Made by a program: the position numbers and the translations under genes. From Pyrodictium abyssi (GTDB taxonomy: Archaea; Thermoproteota; Thermoprotei_A; Sulfolobales; Pyrodictiaceae), in NCBI RefSeq assembly GCF_036323395.1, contig NZ_AP028907.1, positions 330,001-362,000 of the forward strand: DNA of 32,000 nt, given 5' to 3'. The notes below the pieces were generated by a model, which did no database searches, was not told where the DNA came from, and worked only from the letters and a program-made list of their open reading frames with translations. Below, in pieces: positions 9,007 to 17,024 of the stretch; position 1 is the first letter of the stretch; each line of letters opens with the position of its first letter.

Positions 9007-9390
9007 CTTTGCTCCACCATCTAGTCTGGTGCTAGCAGCGGTGGTAAATGTATGCTCGCTGAGAAGAGCGAGAGACAGGCTATCGGGGCGCCCGTCTAGC
9101 GAAGTACTCGGAGTGCTGTGCAGTGTAACCACAATAGAATTAGGCAGTAGAATAGCGTAAGCCACTGGCTTAGTGGCGGCTTCTTAGTGCTATAGGTAGA
9201 TAGTTGCCCACACGTCTAGCAGTAGCCCCATAGTGTCAGCTAGATGAAGACCATTTGGAAGCTGCTGAGCGCAGCCAGACTGCCAGACCTCAAGGGAGTG
9301 GATTTAAATCCCTCATACCGGTCGCAAGCAACATGAGAAAAGGTCCACAAGCCCGGCTTAGAAAGTCGTGGTGGCGAGGTGCACCCAGGT

Positions 9391-10761
9391 ATGAGGATGC
9401 TCATTCTCCGTACTCTAATAGTGGCAGCTCTCCTAGTAGCAGCTACCCAGCCGCTAGTAGCGCACGCGGCGCGCCTCGAGCTGCCAACCATACTAGTCGA
9501 CCTAGCGCATGGCCAGCAGTACAACGGCGTCTGTGCAATGATGAGTGTCGTGCCGGACGCCTACTGGATAATCCTGGTCAAGGATGAGGAGCAGGCGCAG
9601 CAGCTCCCCGAGTGCATCAAGAACAAGGCCTATGAGATAGTAGTCGGCGATCTGACAGTCCTGGGCAGCGGGCCAACCATAGACATGGTGATAATAGGCC
9701 AGCCTATAGAGCCCCTCAGCGACGCCGAGAAGGAGGCAATAGCTGGCTGGTTCGGCGGCAAGGGCCACCGTGCACTATGGTGTGCCGCCGACAGTGATTA
9801 CCCAGCACAAGGCGGCAACCTAGAGCTATCCCAGCACATATGTAACGACCTACTCGACTACCTAGCCCAGAAGGGCTTCGACGTAAAGCTGCGCAGCGAC
9901 TACGTGAGCATAGAGGACACCAAGAGCAACGCTGGCCGCTCCTACCGTGTAATAGCACTAGTAGAGCCAGCACCACGCTATGACGCAGAGCTACTAGCCC
10001 TAGGCGCAGAGAAGGTGCTGATGCATGGCCCCGGCGCAGTAGCCTGGGTAGACAAGAACGGCGACTGGCACAAGGTCACAGACCCCGGCACACCCGACAC
10101 CATAATACCGATACTCGTCACGACCGAGAACGGTAAGGTAGTAGAGCATCAGCCGAAGAACCCAGGCGAGCCGGGCGAGTTCGGATACGCTCACCAGGTA
10201 GGCGAGACCGGCAAGTTCGTGCTAATGGCGGCCGAGATAGTAAAGACCAACAATGGAGACAAGATAGTCATAGTCAGCGGCGAGTCCCCGTACTTCGGCT
10301 ACCAGTCCATGGTCACGTACTCCTACAAGGGCATACCACTTGACGGCCCAAGGTTCTTCCGCAACCTCATACTATGGGCCACAAAGAGCTACAACGAGCT
10401 AAAGATATTCAAGAGCCAGCTAGCAGCCATAGAGGAGGCTAAGACAGCGGCACAGCAGGCAGCAAAGCAGGCAGAGGAGGCAAAGCAGGCCGCAGCACAG
10501 GCTACAACCGAGGCCAAGAGCTACGTGGACCAGAAACTAGGCGAGATACAGAAGGCTGTCAACGAGGTACTCCAGCGGAACATAAACAAGATAATGGAGC
10601 AGGTAAAGGCCTATGTAGACCAGAAGGTTGGCAGCACAGCTGGTGCGGTCGACGAGGCCAAGGCCGCGGCGTCCAGTGCTAAGACCATAGCGGCCGGAGG
10701 CCTAGTACTAGGCATAATAGCGCTACTAGCAGCTGGCCTCGCACTACGCAAGAACGGGTAA
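9391..10761 (+). CDS. surface protein: signal peptide, GATase1-like (DUF4350/GldG-like) domain, Ala/Gln/Lys coiled-coil stalk, C-terminal TM anchor
   Basis: ATG 9391 lies 10 nt after GAGGTG and gives MRMLILRTLIVAALLVAATQPLVAHA. PTILVDLAHGQ and VIIGQPIEPLSDAEKEAIAGWFGGKGHRALWCAADSD resemble DUF4350-type folds from my recollection, not from a search. The C-terminus is AKTAAQQAAKQAEEAKQAAAQ...GGLVLGIIALLAAGLALRKNG. The track ORF starts at GTG 9379. Confidence 0.7.
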   Translation: MRMLILRTLIVAALLVAATQPLVAHAARLELPTILVDLAHGQQYNGVCAMMSVVPDAYWIILVKDEEQAQQLPECIKNKAYEIVVGDLTVLGSGPTIDMVIIGQPIEPLSDAEKEAIAGWFGGKGHRALWCAADSDYPAQGGNLELSQHICNDLLDYLAQKGFDVKLRSDYVSIEDTKSNAGRSYRVIALVEPAPRYDAELLALGAEKVLMHGPGAVAWVDKNGDWHKVTDPGTPDTIIPILVTTENGKVVEHQPKNPGEPGEFGYAHQVGETGKFVLMAAEIVKTNNGDKIVIVSGESPYFGYQSMVTYSYKGIPLDGPRFFRNLILWATKSYNELKIFKSQLAAIEEAKTAAQQAAKQAEEAKQAAAQATTEAKSYVDQKLGEIQKAVNEVLQRNINKIMEQVKAYVDQKVGSTAGAVDEAKAAASSAKTIAAGGLVLGIIALLAAGLALRKNG

Positions 10762-10808
10762 ACCCTAAACACACGGAGGCGTAGAGTCCCATAAACCACG
10801 CTCCCGGG

Positions 10809-10813
10809 TTTTT
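10809..10813 (+). terminator. T5 tract after the surface-protein gene
   Basis: cccgggTTTTTagag lies about 50 nt after stop 10761. Confidence 0.35.
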
Positions 10814-10953
10814 AGAGTCCAAGAACCCCCTCAGCACTACATGCAGGTGTTTATGCTCTATAGGGCTTCTATAGGGCTAGGGGCGTTGCAGCATACAAGG
10901 CGATAGGCTGGGCTCCTCGTAGGCAGCGCTACTTCTGCCGTGCAGGAGCGTCG

Positions 10954-13116
10954 GTGGAGCTTTTTATGAAGGTGCCTCTACACCGGCATATACCACGGTG
11001 TAGGAGTGTGCGTGGCACCGCCAAGAAGATGATAGCAGTCCTCCTCATAGTCTACATGCTCACGTTGCCGTACATGGCGCCGCTAGCCAGCGCTGAGCAG
11101 GAGGAAACAATACTAGAGGTGCAACTCCCACATCTAGACGTAAGGGCCGAATACAAGCCCGGCCTCGTAGTAGCGCCGAAAATCAGTAGGCCAGCTTTCA
11201 TCGAGCCGGGAGGATCGTTCCAGCTAGTCTTCTCAAAGCCTCTACAGGTAGAGAAAATAGTCATAGACAACGGCTATGGAGCTGCGTACGAGTGTGAATT
11301 CGGCCAGACGGGTGACACAGTATTCACGGTTAAGATACCGGAGAACGCAGAGCCAGGCCTCTACGATATGATAATCTACACGGGAGAGGGTGTCTACGGC
11401 GAGCCCCACGCAGTATACGTGGGTACTAAGGACATGTTTAGTAAGCTCAACATAATACACGTAACCGATAGGCACTTTGGCGTCATAAACTCCAACGGTA
11501 GGAAGGCCTCCAACTACGGCCTAGCAGTCAACCTAGTGGCCCTAGGCCTGCCGAACAACACAATAATAGTCGATAGCGGCGACCTAGCCGACACAGCAAA
11601 GGACGGCGAATACAGGGAAAGCCTCTTCGTAGACACACTGCTAGACAAGCCGCTGGTGGGCGTCCCTGGCAACCACGACCATGTAGGCGGCTCAGAGAAC
11701 TTCAAAGCCTACCGTGGACCGTTCAACCACACACTCGACATATTCGGCCTCTACCGCATAGTAGGCATAGACAGTGGCGGCGACGGCTTCATCACAAAGA
11801 GCCAGGCCATATGGGCTAGAATAGTGCTAACAACAACAGAGGAGCCCATAAAGATAGTAATATTCCACCACCCGCACTTCACCCACATGTTCGGTGACAT
11901 ACCATACCAGTTCAACGTGACCACCAGCGAGGAACTATTCAAGCTTCTAACCAGCAAGAAGCCTAACAGCAAGTACACGTACATATACGGTAGCTGGCTG
12001 ACAGACAAGGAGGCACTAAAAATACTAGTAGACGGCATGTTCTCAGCCAGGGGCAACGCAGTCCTAGTATTCTCCGGCCACGTGCACCTAGACTCCTACG
12101 CGGTAGTGACAAGGCCCGACGGCAGCCAGATACACTACATAGTAACAGTCACCACGGCTGGGAGCGTAAGGCCAGGCGACTACCACGGATTTAGGCTCGT
12201 CACAGTAGAGCCTACAGGCAAGGTAGAGATACACGGCGACGGCGACTACTGGACCCGCCACGCCAGCTTCAACGCGGACGAGATATACACGAGCTACGTG
12301 GAGACAGCAAACGCGGTAACAGCCACACTAAGGATAGAGAACACCAAGATAATAGACTACATGGAAAAGACCGTGGTTGCACTACACGTGCCAGACGAAT
12401 GGCTAGGTAAAACGGCAAAGCTGTACCTCAAGGGCCTCGACTCCTATAAGCTACGCTGCACACCACTAGGCTGCATACTCTACGCCTATAGCAGCGGAAA
12501 GCCGCAGAGAGGCTTCGAGTACCAGGCAACACTCTTCACCAAGCCGGACAACGAGCCGCCAACACTAGAGCTAGCTAAAATGACGCCAACTACGCCGCGC
12601 CAGGGCCGCCAAGTAGTACTAAACTTCAAGGTAGGCGACGACTCCTGGGGCATCAAGGAGCTATACGCCAAGATAGAATACGACGGCAAGGAGATAACCA
12701 CTAAGCCCATGCTAGCCGGCGACACGGCTCGCATAGTGATACCTCCGCTAAAGGCCAGCAAGGTCAAAGTAACCGTTGTAGCAGTAGACGCATCCGGGAA
12801 AGAGACCATGTTCACGCGCACAATAGAGTACAAGACAGTACAGACGACGACAACTACACCAGCAGCAACAACGACGACCCAGCAGACACAGCAGCCCACA
12901 ACCACGACAACAACTACAACAGCCACAAAAACGACCACAGCTGTGAAGGCAGCTAAGCCCGAGATAAGCCTAACACTAACGCTGCCAAAGCTAGCAGAGG
13001 AAACGCCAACAACACCCGCAAAGACGGCGAAGGCCGGCGACAATACGGCTCTCATAATCGCGGCTCTAGTAGTAGCAGCGCTCGCCGCGTTCGCGCTGAT
13101 AATAACCCGCCGCTAG
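10954..13116 (+). CDS. secreted, membrane-anchored calcineurin-like metallophosphoesterase with C-terminal beta-rich domains, Thr-rich linker and TM anchor
   Basis: All MPE motifs are present: VTDRHFG, DSGDLAD, PGNHDH, FHHPH and SGHVHLD. The N-terminal basic and hydrophobic signal is ...RGTAKKMIAVLLIVYMLTLPYMAPLASA. The C-terminus is TTTTPAATTTTQQTQQPTTTTTTTTATKTTT...ALIIAALVVAALAAFALIITRR. Start is ambiguous between GTG 10954, ATG 10966 and ATG 11029. Confidence 0.8.
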   Translation: MELFMKVPLHRHIPRCRSVRGTAKKMIAVLLIVYMLTLPYMAPLASAEQEETILEVQLPHLDVRAEYKPGLVVAPKISRPAFIEPGGSFQLVFSKPLQVEKIVIDNGYGAAYECEFGQTGDTVFTVKIPENAEPGLYDMIIYTGEGVYGEPHAVYVGTKDMFSKLNIIHVTDRHFGVINSNGRKASNYGLAVNLVALGLPNNTIIVDSGDLADTAKDGEYRESLFVDTLLDKPLVGVPGNHDHVGGSENFKAYRGPFNHTLDIFGLYRIVGIDSGGDGFITKSQAIWARIVLTTTEEPIKIVIFHHPHFTHMFGDIPYQFNVTTSEELFKLLTSKKPNSKYTYIYGSWLTDKEALKILVDGMFSARGNAVLVFSGHVHLDSYAVVTRPDGSQIHYIVTVTTAGSVRPGDYHGFRLVTVEPTGKVEIHGDGDYWTRHASFNADEIYTSYVETANAVTATLRIENTKIIDYMEKTVVALHVPDEWLGKTAKLYLKGLDSYKLRCTPLGCILYAYSSGKPQRGFEYQATLFTKPDNEPPTLELAKMTPTTPRQGRQVVLNFKVGDDSWGIKELYAKIEYDGKEITTKPMLAGDTARIVIPPLKASKVKVTVVAVDASGKETMFTRTIEYKTVQTTTTTPAATTTTQQTQQPTTTTTTTTATKTTTAVKAAKPEISLTLTLPKLAEETPTTPAKTAKAGDNTALIIAALVVAALAAFALIITRR

Positions 13117-13571
13117 CACAGCCTAAACACGTATGGTGGCCCGCTCCTTAGGTATTTTTCAAACAGGTACTCCTTACTCGTATGTAGCTCTACCAGGTTA
13201 GGTACGCCCAATACCCTATAGGGATTGTCAGCGAGAATATCCTCCAGCATGGCTGCTACTAGGCTCTCTACCGTCTCCTCGACAGAGTCGGTATTGACGT
13301 GCAGTGGGCAGTCGATGACGAGGTCTATATCCTTGCCGCCGAGGCCGCTGCTCGGCTCGCCGCCGTGAACATCAATTATATAGACTTCGCAGCCTACGGT
13401 TCTGCACAGGCAGGAGGCTATGGCGCGGGCTATTAGCCGCTTAGATTTCTGCCACTCCATGGTGTCCCAGAGTGGGGGCGTGCCACGGCTCTTCTGCATC
13501 GTGTTCTTAACTGCGATACGTACGCGCTCGAGCTCATGGGCTATGCACTCGTATAAGCATGGTAGGCTCAT
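13113..13571 (-). CDS. minimal nucleotidyltransferase-fold protein (Pol-beta superfamily), paralog A
   Basis: GGEPSSGLGGKDIDLVIDC gives the G[SG]...DxD motif, and LVELHT supplies a third acidic residue. It is a clear paralog of the next gene. Shared blocks are EW..K.R.A, D[IV]DL[LV][IV], VEET[IV]ESL[LV] and L[VF]E[LV]HT. Confidence 0.6.
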   Translation of the reverse strand: MSLPCLYECIAHELERVRIAVKNTMQKSRGTPPLWDTMEWQKSKRLIARAIASCLCRTVGCEVYIIDVHGGEPSSGLGGKDIDLVIDCPLHVNTDSVEETVESLVAAMLEDILADNPYRVLGVPNLVELHTSKEYLFEKYLRSGPPYVFRLC

Positions 13572-13635
13572 AGTGTTGGAGTCCCGGATAACGTAGGTAG
13601 GGCTCCGGGGCCTGATATGCTGGTTTGGGTGCAGC

Positions 13636-14136
13636 TTACCTCTCTAGCTTGGAGTCGTCGAAGAGTTGTATAACGTGGCCTGGCACTGCTCTGGAGCCGT
13701 ATATGCCGCGGCGAGTGGTATGTACTTCGAAAAGGCTTGGGCTTGTAGTGTAGGCGTGGAAGTTGATGCCTGCCATTCTCGCTAGCCTCGTGAGTAGGGA
13801 TTCTATAGTCTCCTCGACCTCCACTGGGTCAATGCCTTTCACGTCGTCTCGGAGGACCACGAGTAGATCCACGTCCCTCCCTACGTGCGAGTCTGATAGT
13901 TCAACGTAGTATACTGCTTTTACAGCTTTGGGTAGTAGTCTTGCCATGCACTCTGCAGCTACGCTGGCTACTCTCCGTTTGAATATAGCCCACTCGACGA
14001 GGAATGCGTCCTCGGGTAAACCTAGGCCAGGCAGGATAGGCCTAAGCCTGCTAAACAGCGATAAGCACTCCTGGACCTCGGGGTCCAGCGGCAAAGGCTC
14101 CATGCTGGTCCCACCTGTACCTCTCCGTTTAACCAC
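13636..14136 (-). CDS. minimal nucleotidyltransferase-fold protein, paralog B
   Basis: HVGRDVDLLVVL and LFEVHT are present, and it aligns end to end with paralog A. A TATA-like TATATTA on the coding strand (14150-14157) and the alignment both favour the internal ATG at 14103 (MEPLPLDPEVQEC...) as the real start. Confidence 0.6.
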   Translation of the reverse strand: MVKRRGTGGTSMEPLPLDPEVQECLSLFSRLRPILPGLGLPEDAFLVEWAIFKRRVASVAAECMARLLPKAVKAVYYVELSDSHVGRDVDLLVVLRDDVKGIDPVEVEETIESLLTRLARMAGINFHAYTTSPSLFEVHTTRRGIYGSRAVPGHVIQLFDDSKLER

Positions 14137-14272
14137 TGGTCGGCCCCTAATATAGGAGGTACTCGGTGCTCACAGCCCGTGGACAAAGTAGACGAGTGGG
14201 CGGTTAGGACCCCGCGGGGCGGAGAAGCCTATGGGGCTCGGGAAGAGAACAGTATACGGGTGCTGATGAGGT

Positions 14273-15172
14273 ATGGTGCTGCTGGCGCTGACGTACAAGA
14301 AGCTCGTGGATAGAGATTTCCGTGTACTAGCTGTGATAGAGAGGGAAATGCCTAGATACGAGTACGTGCCTATCGAGGTCATTGAGCGTCGGCTAAGGAT
14401 GCCTTCCTCCCATGTGGCTATGAGCCTGCAGAAGCTTAACCAGCTAAAGCTCGTACGACGGCGGCTCGGCGACTACACCGGTTACAGGCTAACATACATG
14501 GGGCTAGACGTACTAGCGCTGCACTCTCTGGTAGAGCGGGGAATACTCCACGCGCTCGGCGACAAGCTAGGCGTTGGCAAGGAGAGCGATGTATACTCCG
14601 GCCTAACCCCGGGAGGAGAGAGAGTAATAGTAAAGTTCCACCGTGTGGGGAGGACTAGCTTCCAGAAAATAGTCCGTGTCAGGCACTATGCGGCAGAGAG
14701 GCCCTACTCCTCGTGGCTGCAGCTGGCTAAGCTAGCGGGGCAGCGCGAGTTCCGAGCCCTTGAAGAACTATACCGTGTAGGTGCATTGGTCCCTAAGCCC
14801 CTTGGCTATAGCCGTCACGCGGTTGTAACCGAATACATAGAGGGCGTCGAGCTATACGTGTATAAAGACGCCATGGAGCCGGAGTCGATGCTAAGGGACA
14901 TTATGGAGACGCTGAGGAAAGCCTACGTAGAGGTAGGCATAGTCCATGGTGACCTAAGCGAGTACAACATACTAGTGGTCATAGAGGATGATAAGGAGCG
15001 ACCATACATAATAGACTGGCCCCAGTACGTCGAGAAAGAGCACCCCTCTGCCGAACAGCTCCTGCGCAGAGATGTGGAGTATGTGGCCCGGTTCTTCCGG
15101 AAGAGGTACCGCGTAGACGTGGATACGGAGAAGCTGATTAGATACGTTAAGGGTGAGGTTGAGTCTATCTAA
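14273..15172 (+). CDS. rio2: RIO-type serine/threonine kinase Rio2 (N-terminal winged helix plus RIO domain)
   Basis: The N-terminal wHTH is FRVLAVIEREM...YRLTYMGLDVLAL. The nucleotide loop is LGVGKESDVY, the catalytic loop is HGDLSEYNILV and the metal loop is IIDWPQ. Confidence 0.9.
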   Translation: MVLLALTYKKLVDRDFRVLAVIEREMPRYEYVPIEVIERRLRMPSSHVAMSLQKLNQLKLVRRRLGDYTGYRLTYMGLDVLALHSLVERGILHALGDKLGVGKESDVYSGLTPGGERVIVKFHRVGRTSFQKIVRVRHYAAERPYSSWLQLAKLAGQREFRALEELYRVGALVPKPLGYSRHAVVTEYIEGVELYVYKDAMEPESMLRDIMETLRKAYVEVGIVHGDLSEYNILVVIEDDKERPYIIDWPQYVEKEHPSAEQLLRRDVEYVARFFRKRYRVDVDTEKLIRYVKGEVESI

Positions 15173-15184
15173 AATTATTTCATT

Positions 15185-15256
15185 TACGTAACATAGTAGA
15201 TACGTAGGCTTTATATTCGCTGAAGCAACTACTGTGTAACCCGAAAATATACGTAT
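15185..15256 (+). promoter_or_regulatory. AT-rich promoter region with TATA box (TTTATATT 15209-15216) and three TACGTA palindromes
   Basis: TACGTA occurs at 15185-15190, 15201-15206 and 15250-15255, the last within ATACGTAT. The second abuts the TATA box. The region lies upstream of the ArsR-family gene. Confidence 0.4.
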
Positions 15257-15327
15257 CTATGGGCTTATCGTTGAAGCGAAGAGCTAAAAAGTGCAGGAAA
15301 GCTAGGTTACGAGCATGGGTGACGTGA

Positions 15328-15690
15328 ATGGCTTCAGCTAAGCAGAGCGAAGTAAAACGTTCCACTGAAGTAACTCGTGAAGGCATTATAGAGAAGGATG
15401 GAGTTCTCATTGTTTCGGGAGAGGAGTACATCTATAGAGTCTGTAGTGCACTAGCTAGTCCTACACGCATAAAGATACTGATAGACCTGTTGAAGAGAGA
15501 GGCCGATATAGGAGAAATAGCAGAGATGATAAACCAGAGTAAAGCCAACGCATCGACTCAGGTAAGAAGACTTGAGGAGATAGGGCTGGTGCGCTCCGAG
15601 TACAAGCCCGGGGTCCGTGGAGTCAGGAAGGTAGTGAAAACCACTGTGCGCGAGATAAGGATAATACTCGAACCAAACTCCGAGAGCTGA
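15328..15690 (+). CDS. ArsR/SmtB-family winged-helix transcriptional regulator
   Basis: ALASPTRIKILIDLLKREADIGEIAEMINQSKANASTQVRRLEEIGLV is a canonical ArsR HTH. The gene and its upstream region are visibly AT-richer than their neighbours. Confidence 0.8.
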   Translation: MASAKQSEVKRSTEVTREGIIEKDGVLIVSGEEYIYRVCSALASPTRIKILIDLLKREADIGEIAEMINQSKANASTQVRRLEEIGLVRSEYKPGVRGVRKVVKTTVREIRIILEPNSES

Positions 15691-15821
15691 AGACGGAACT
15701 TGAGCGACTGTAGCAGTAGTTTAGAGATCACGGCTACTACATGGCCTTATGGCTAGTACGTGGTACCTGCCAAGCATATCAAACATAGGATGAGGGGCTT
15801 GTGGGCGGCCCACCCCTGTCC

Positions 15822-16415
15822 CTACTGGTTGTCCTTCTCTATTACACTACAGCTCTCGAGTCTAGCTCTCTCTAGTACTTCGAGGAACTGCTTGAGATCC
15901 TTATCGCTGTAGGCTATGAATATCACTGTCTTCGGGGCTTCTGTGGTTTTCCAGTGCTCGTCTAGCGCGCTGAGCATTGCTGCTAGGCTGTCTCTAGCTT
16001 CGAGACCTCCGACTCCAGCTCCCATAGCCGGGAAGGCTATACAATCTACCTCCTTCTCTGCGCCGACTTTTAGGGCTGCCCGGGTAGCTTTCTCTACCTT
16101 CCCCGTTGTAGTTCTCATTGCTGGCCTCTCCATTGTAGGTGCATGTATTATCATCTTTATACGCGGCTCTAGTCTACCAGCTCCCGTAACTATGGCCTTG
16201 CCAACGGGCACCGGGGCATGTTTCCTTGCCTCCTCTTCTACCTCTTTGCCGGCTGCTCTGCGTAGTGCACCAGCCACGCCGCCGCCCATATACATTAGAC
16301 TGTTGGCAGGGTTAACCACAGCATCGCATTCAACTGTTGTTATATCGCCCTTTGCTACTAGTATCCTGCGGTTGTTACACGTTATCTCTCTAACTACTTC
16401 TATGCCGGTTGTCAA
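15822..16415 (-). CDS. macro domain protein (Af1521-like ADP-ribose binding / O-acetyl-ADP-ribose deacetylase)
   Basis: GDITTVECDAVVNPANSLMYMGGGVAGAL and FPAMGAGVGG are present. The start codon is TTG at 16415. Confidence 0.9.
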   Translation of the reverse strand: MTTGIEVVREITCNNRRILVAKGDITTVECDAVVNPANSLMYMGGGVAGALRRAAGKEVEEEARKHAPVPVGKAIVTGAGRLEPRIKMIIHAPTMERPAMRTTTGKVEKATRAALKVGAEKEVDCIAFPAMGAGVGGLEARDSLAAMLSALDEHWKTTEAPKTVIFIAYSDKDLKQFLEVLERARLESCSVIEKDNQ

Positions 16416-16523
16416 GGCCTATACCCCGTACTCTAAGAATAGCTGCATAAACAGAGGCTATAACCCTGTGTACACAGTACATCATGAGACTATACGCTGC
16501 ATCGTTGTATGCTAGTGTGAAGC

Positions 16524-16530
16524 TTTATAA
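16524..16530 (+). promoter_or_regulatory. TATA box upstream of tRNA-Val
   Basis: gaagcTTTATAAcgc lies about 62 nt before the mature tRNA 5' end. This implies a leader of about 35-40 nt. Confidence 0.35.
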
Positions 16531-16591
16531 CGCCCCCACTACTCATTGCCTCTCCCAAACGGGCTGTAGCGGAAGCCCCAGCAGGAGGGCT

Positions 16592-16669
16592 GGGCCCGTC
16601 GTCTAGCCTGGTTAGGACGCCGCCCTGACACGGCGGAGGTCCGGGGTTCAAATCCCCGCGGGCCCACCA
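16592..16669 (+). tRNA. tRNA-Val (anticodon GAC), genomically encoded CCA
   Basis: The cloverleaf, folded by hand, is: GGGCCCG TC GTCT AGCCTGGTTA GGAC G CCGCC CTGACAC GGCGG AGGTC CGGGG TTCAAAT CCCCG CGGGCCC A CCA. The body is 75 nt (16592-16666) and the CCA is at 16667-16669. Confidence 0.95.
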
Positions 16670-17024
16670 CCCCAAGTTCTCTCCCTCCAAGCTCAGCACG
16701 GACTGACCCCTAACAGCATCTCTAGCTTGTTAGTACGATAGAATAGTGTTGTAGTGAAGCATCCACAGCGTCCTGGCAAGTGGCTATTCGTAGAGCGGCT
16801 CGTGCATAGCGTGGTGTGGGTACTCTTACCTGTGTCGAAGCATTCCAGGTGCATTGTCGATTAGAAAAGGAGTACTCTATCGGGCTAGCCTCCGGCCAAG
16901 CGTGCATGGAGTAGTATAGGAGGGGTAGGGGAGTTTAGCCTAGCCGCTGTAGTCGTGGTACCTAGTACTCCTTTCCCAGCTGGCTGTTGTTGTTGCTGCA
17001 CCAGCTCAGCAGAGCTACCGCATA

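Noticed and set aside
9244-9268. AUGAAGA, then 14 nt, then CUGA
   Set aside because: The spacing is 14 rather than 12, and there is no upstream C box.
12486-13055. Long antisense ORFs inside real genes (for example 12486..13055, 15916..16515, 21694..22056, 29557..30078 and 17597..18019)
   Set aside because: These are mirror ORFs of strongly motif-supported genes. Their translations are low-complexity (V/S/A/R-rich).
15180-15431. 83-aa - strand ORF across the ArsR promoter
   Set aside because: It overlaps the ArsR start and the AT-rich promoter, and it has no motif. The ArsR frame has a clear HTH.
15173-15820. The AT-rich ArsR island as a mobile or integrated element
   Set aside because: It has no flanking direct repeats, integrase or transposase, and contains only a single regulator gene. 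I kept only the operator observation.
16722-16907. 61-aa - strand ORF downstream of tRNA-Val
   Set aside because: It is short, has no SD or TATA, and has odd composition. I also looked here for a tRNA-flanked integrated element, but found no repeat of the tRNA 3' end and no integrase.
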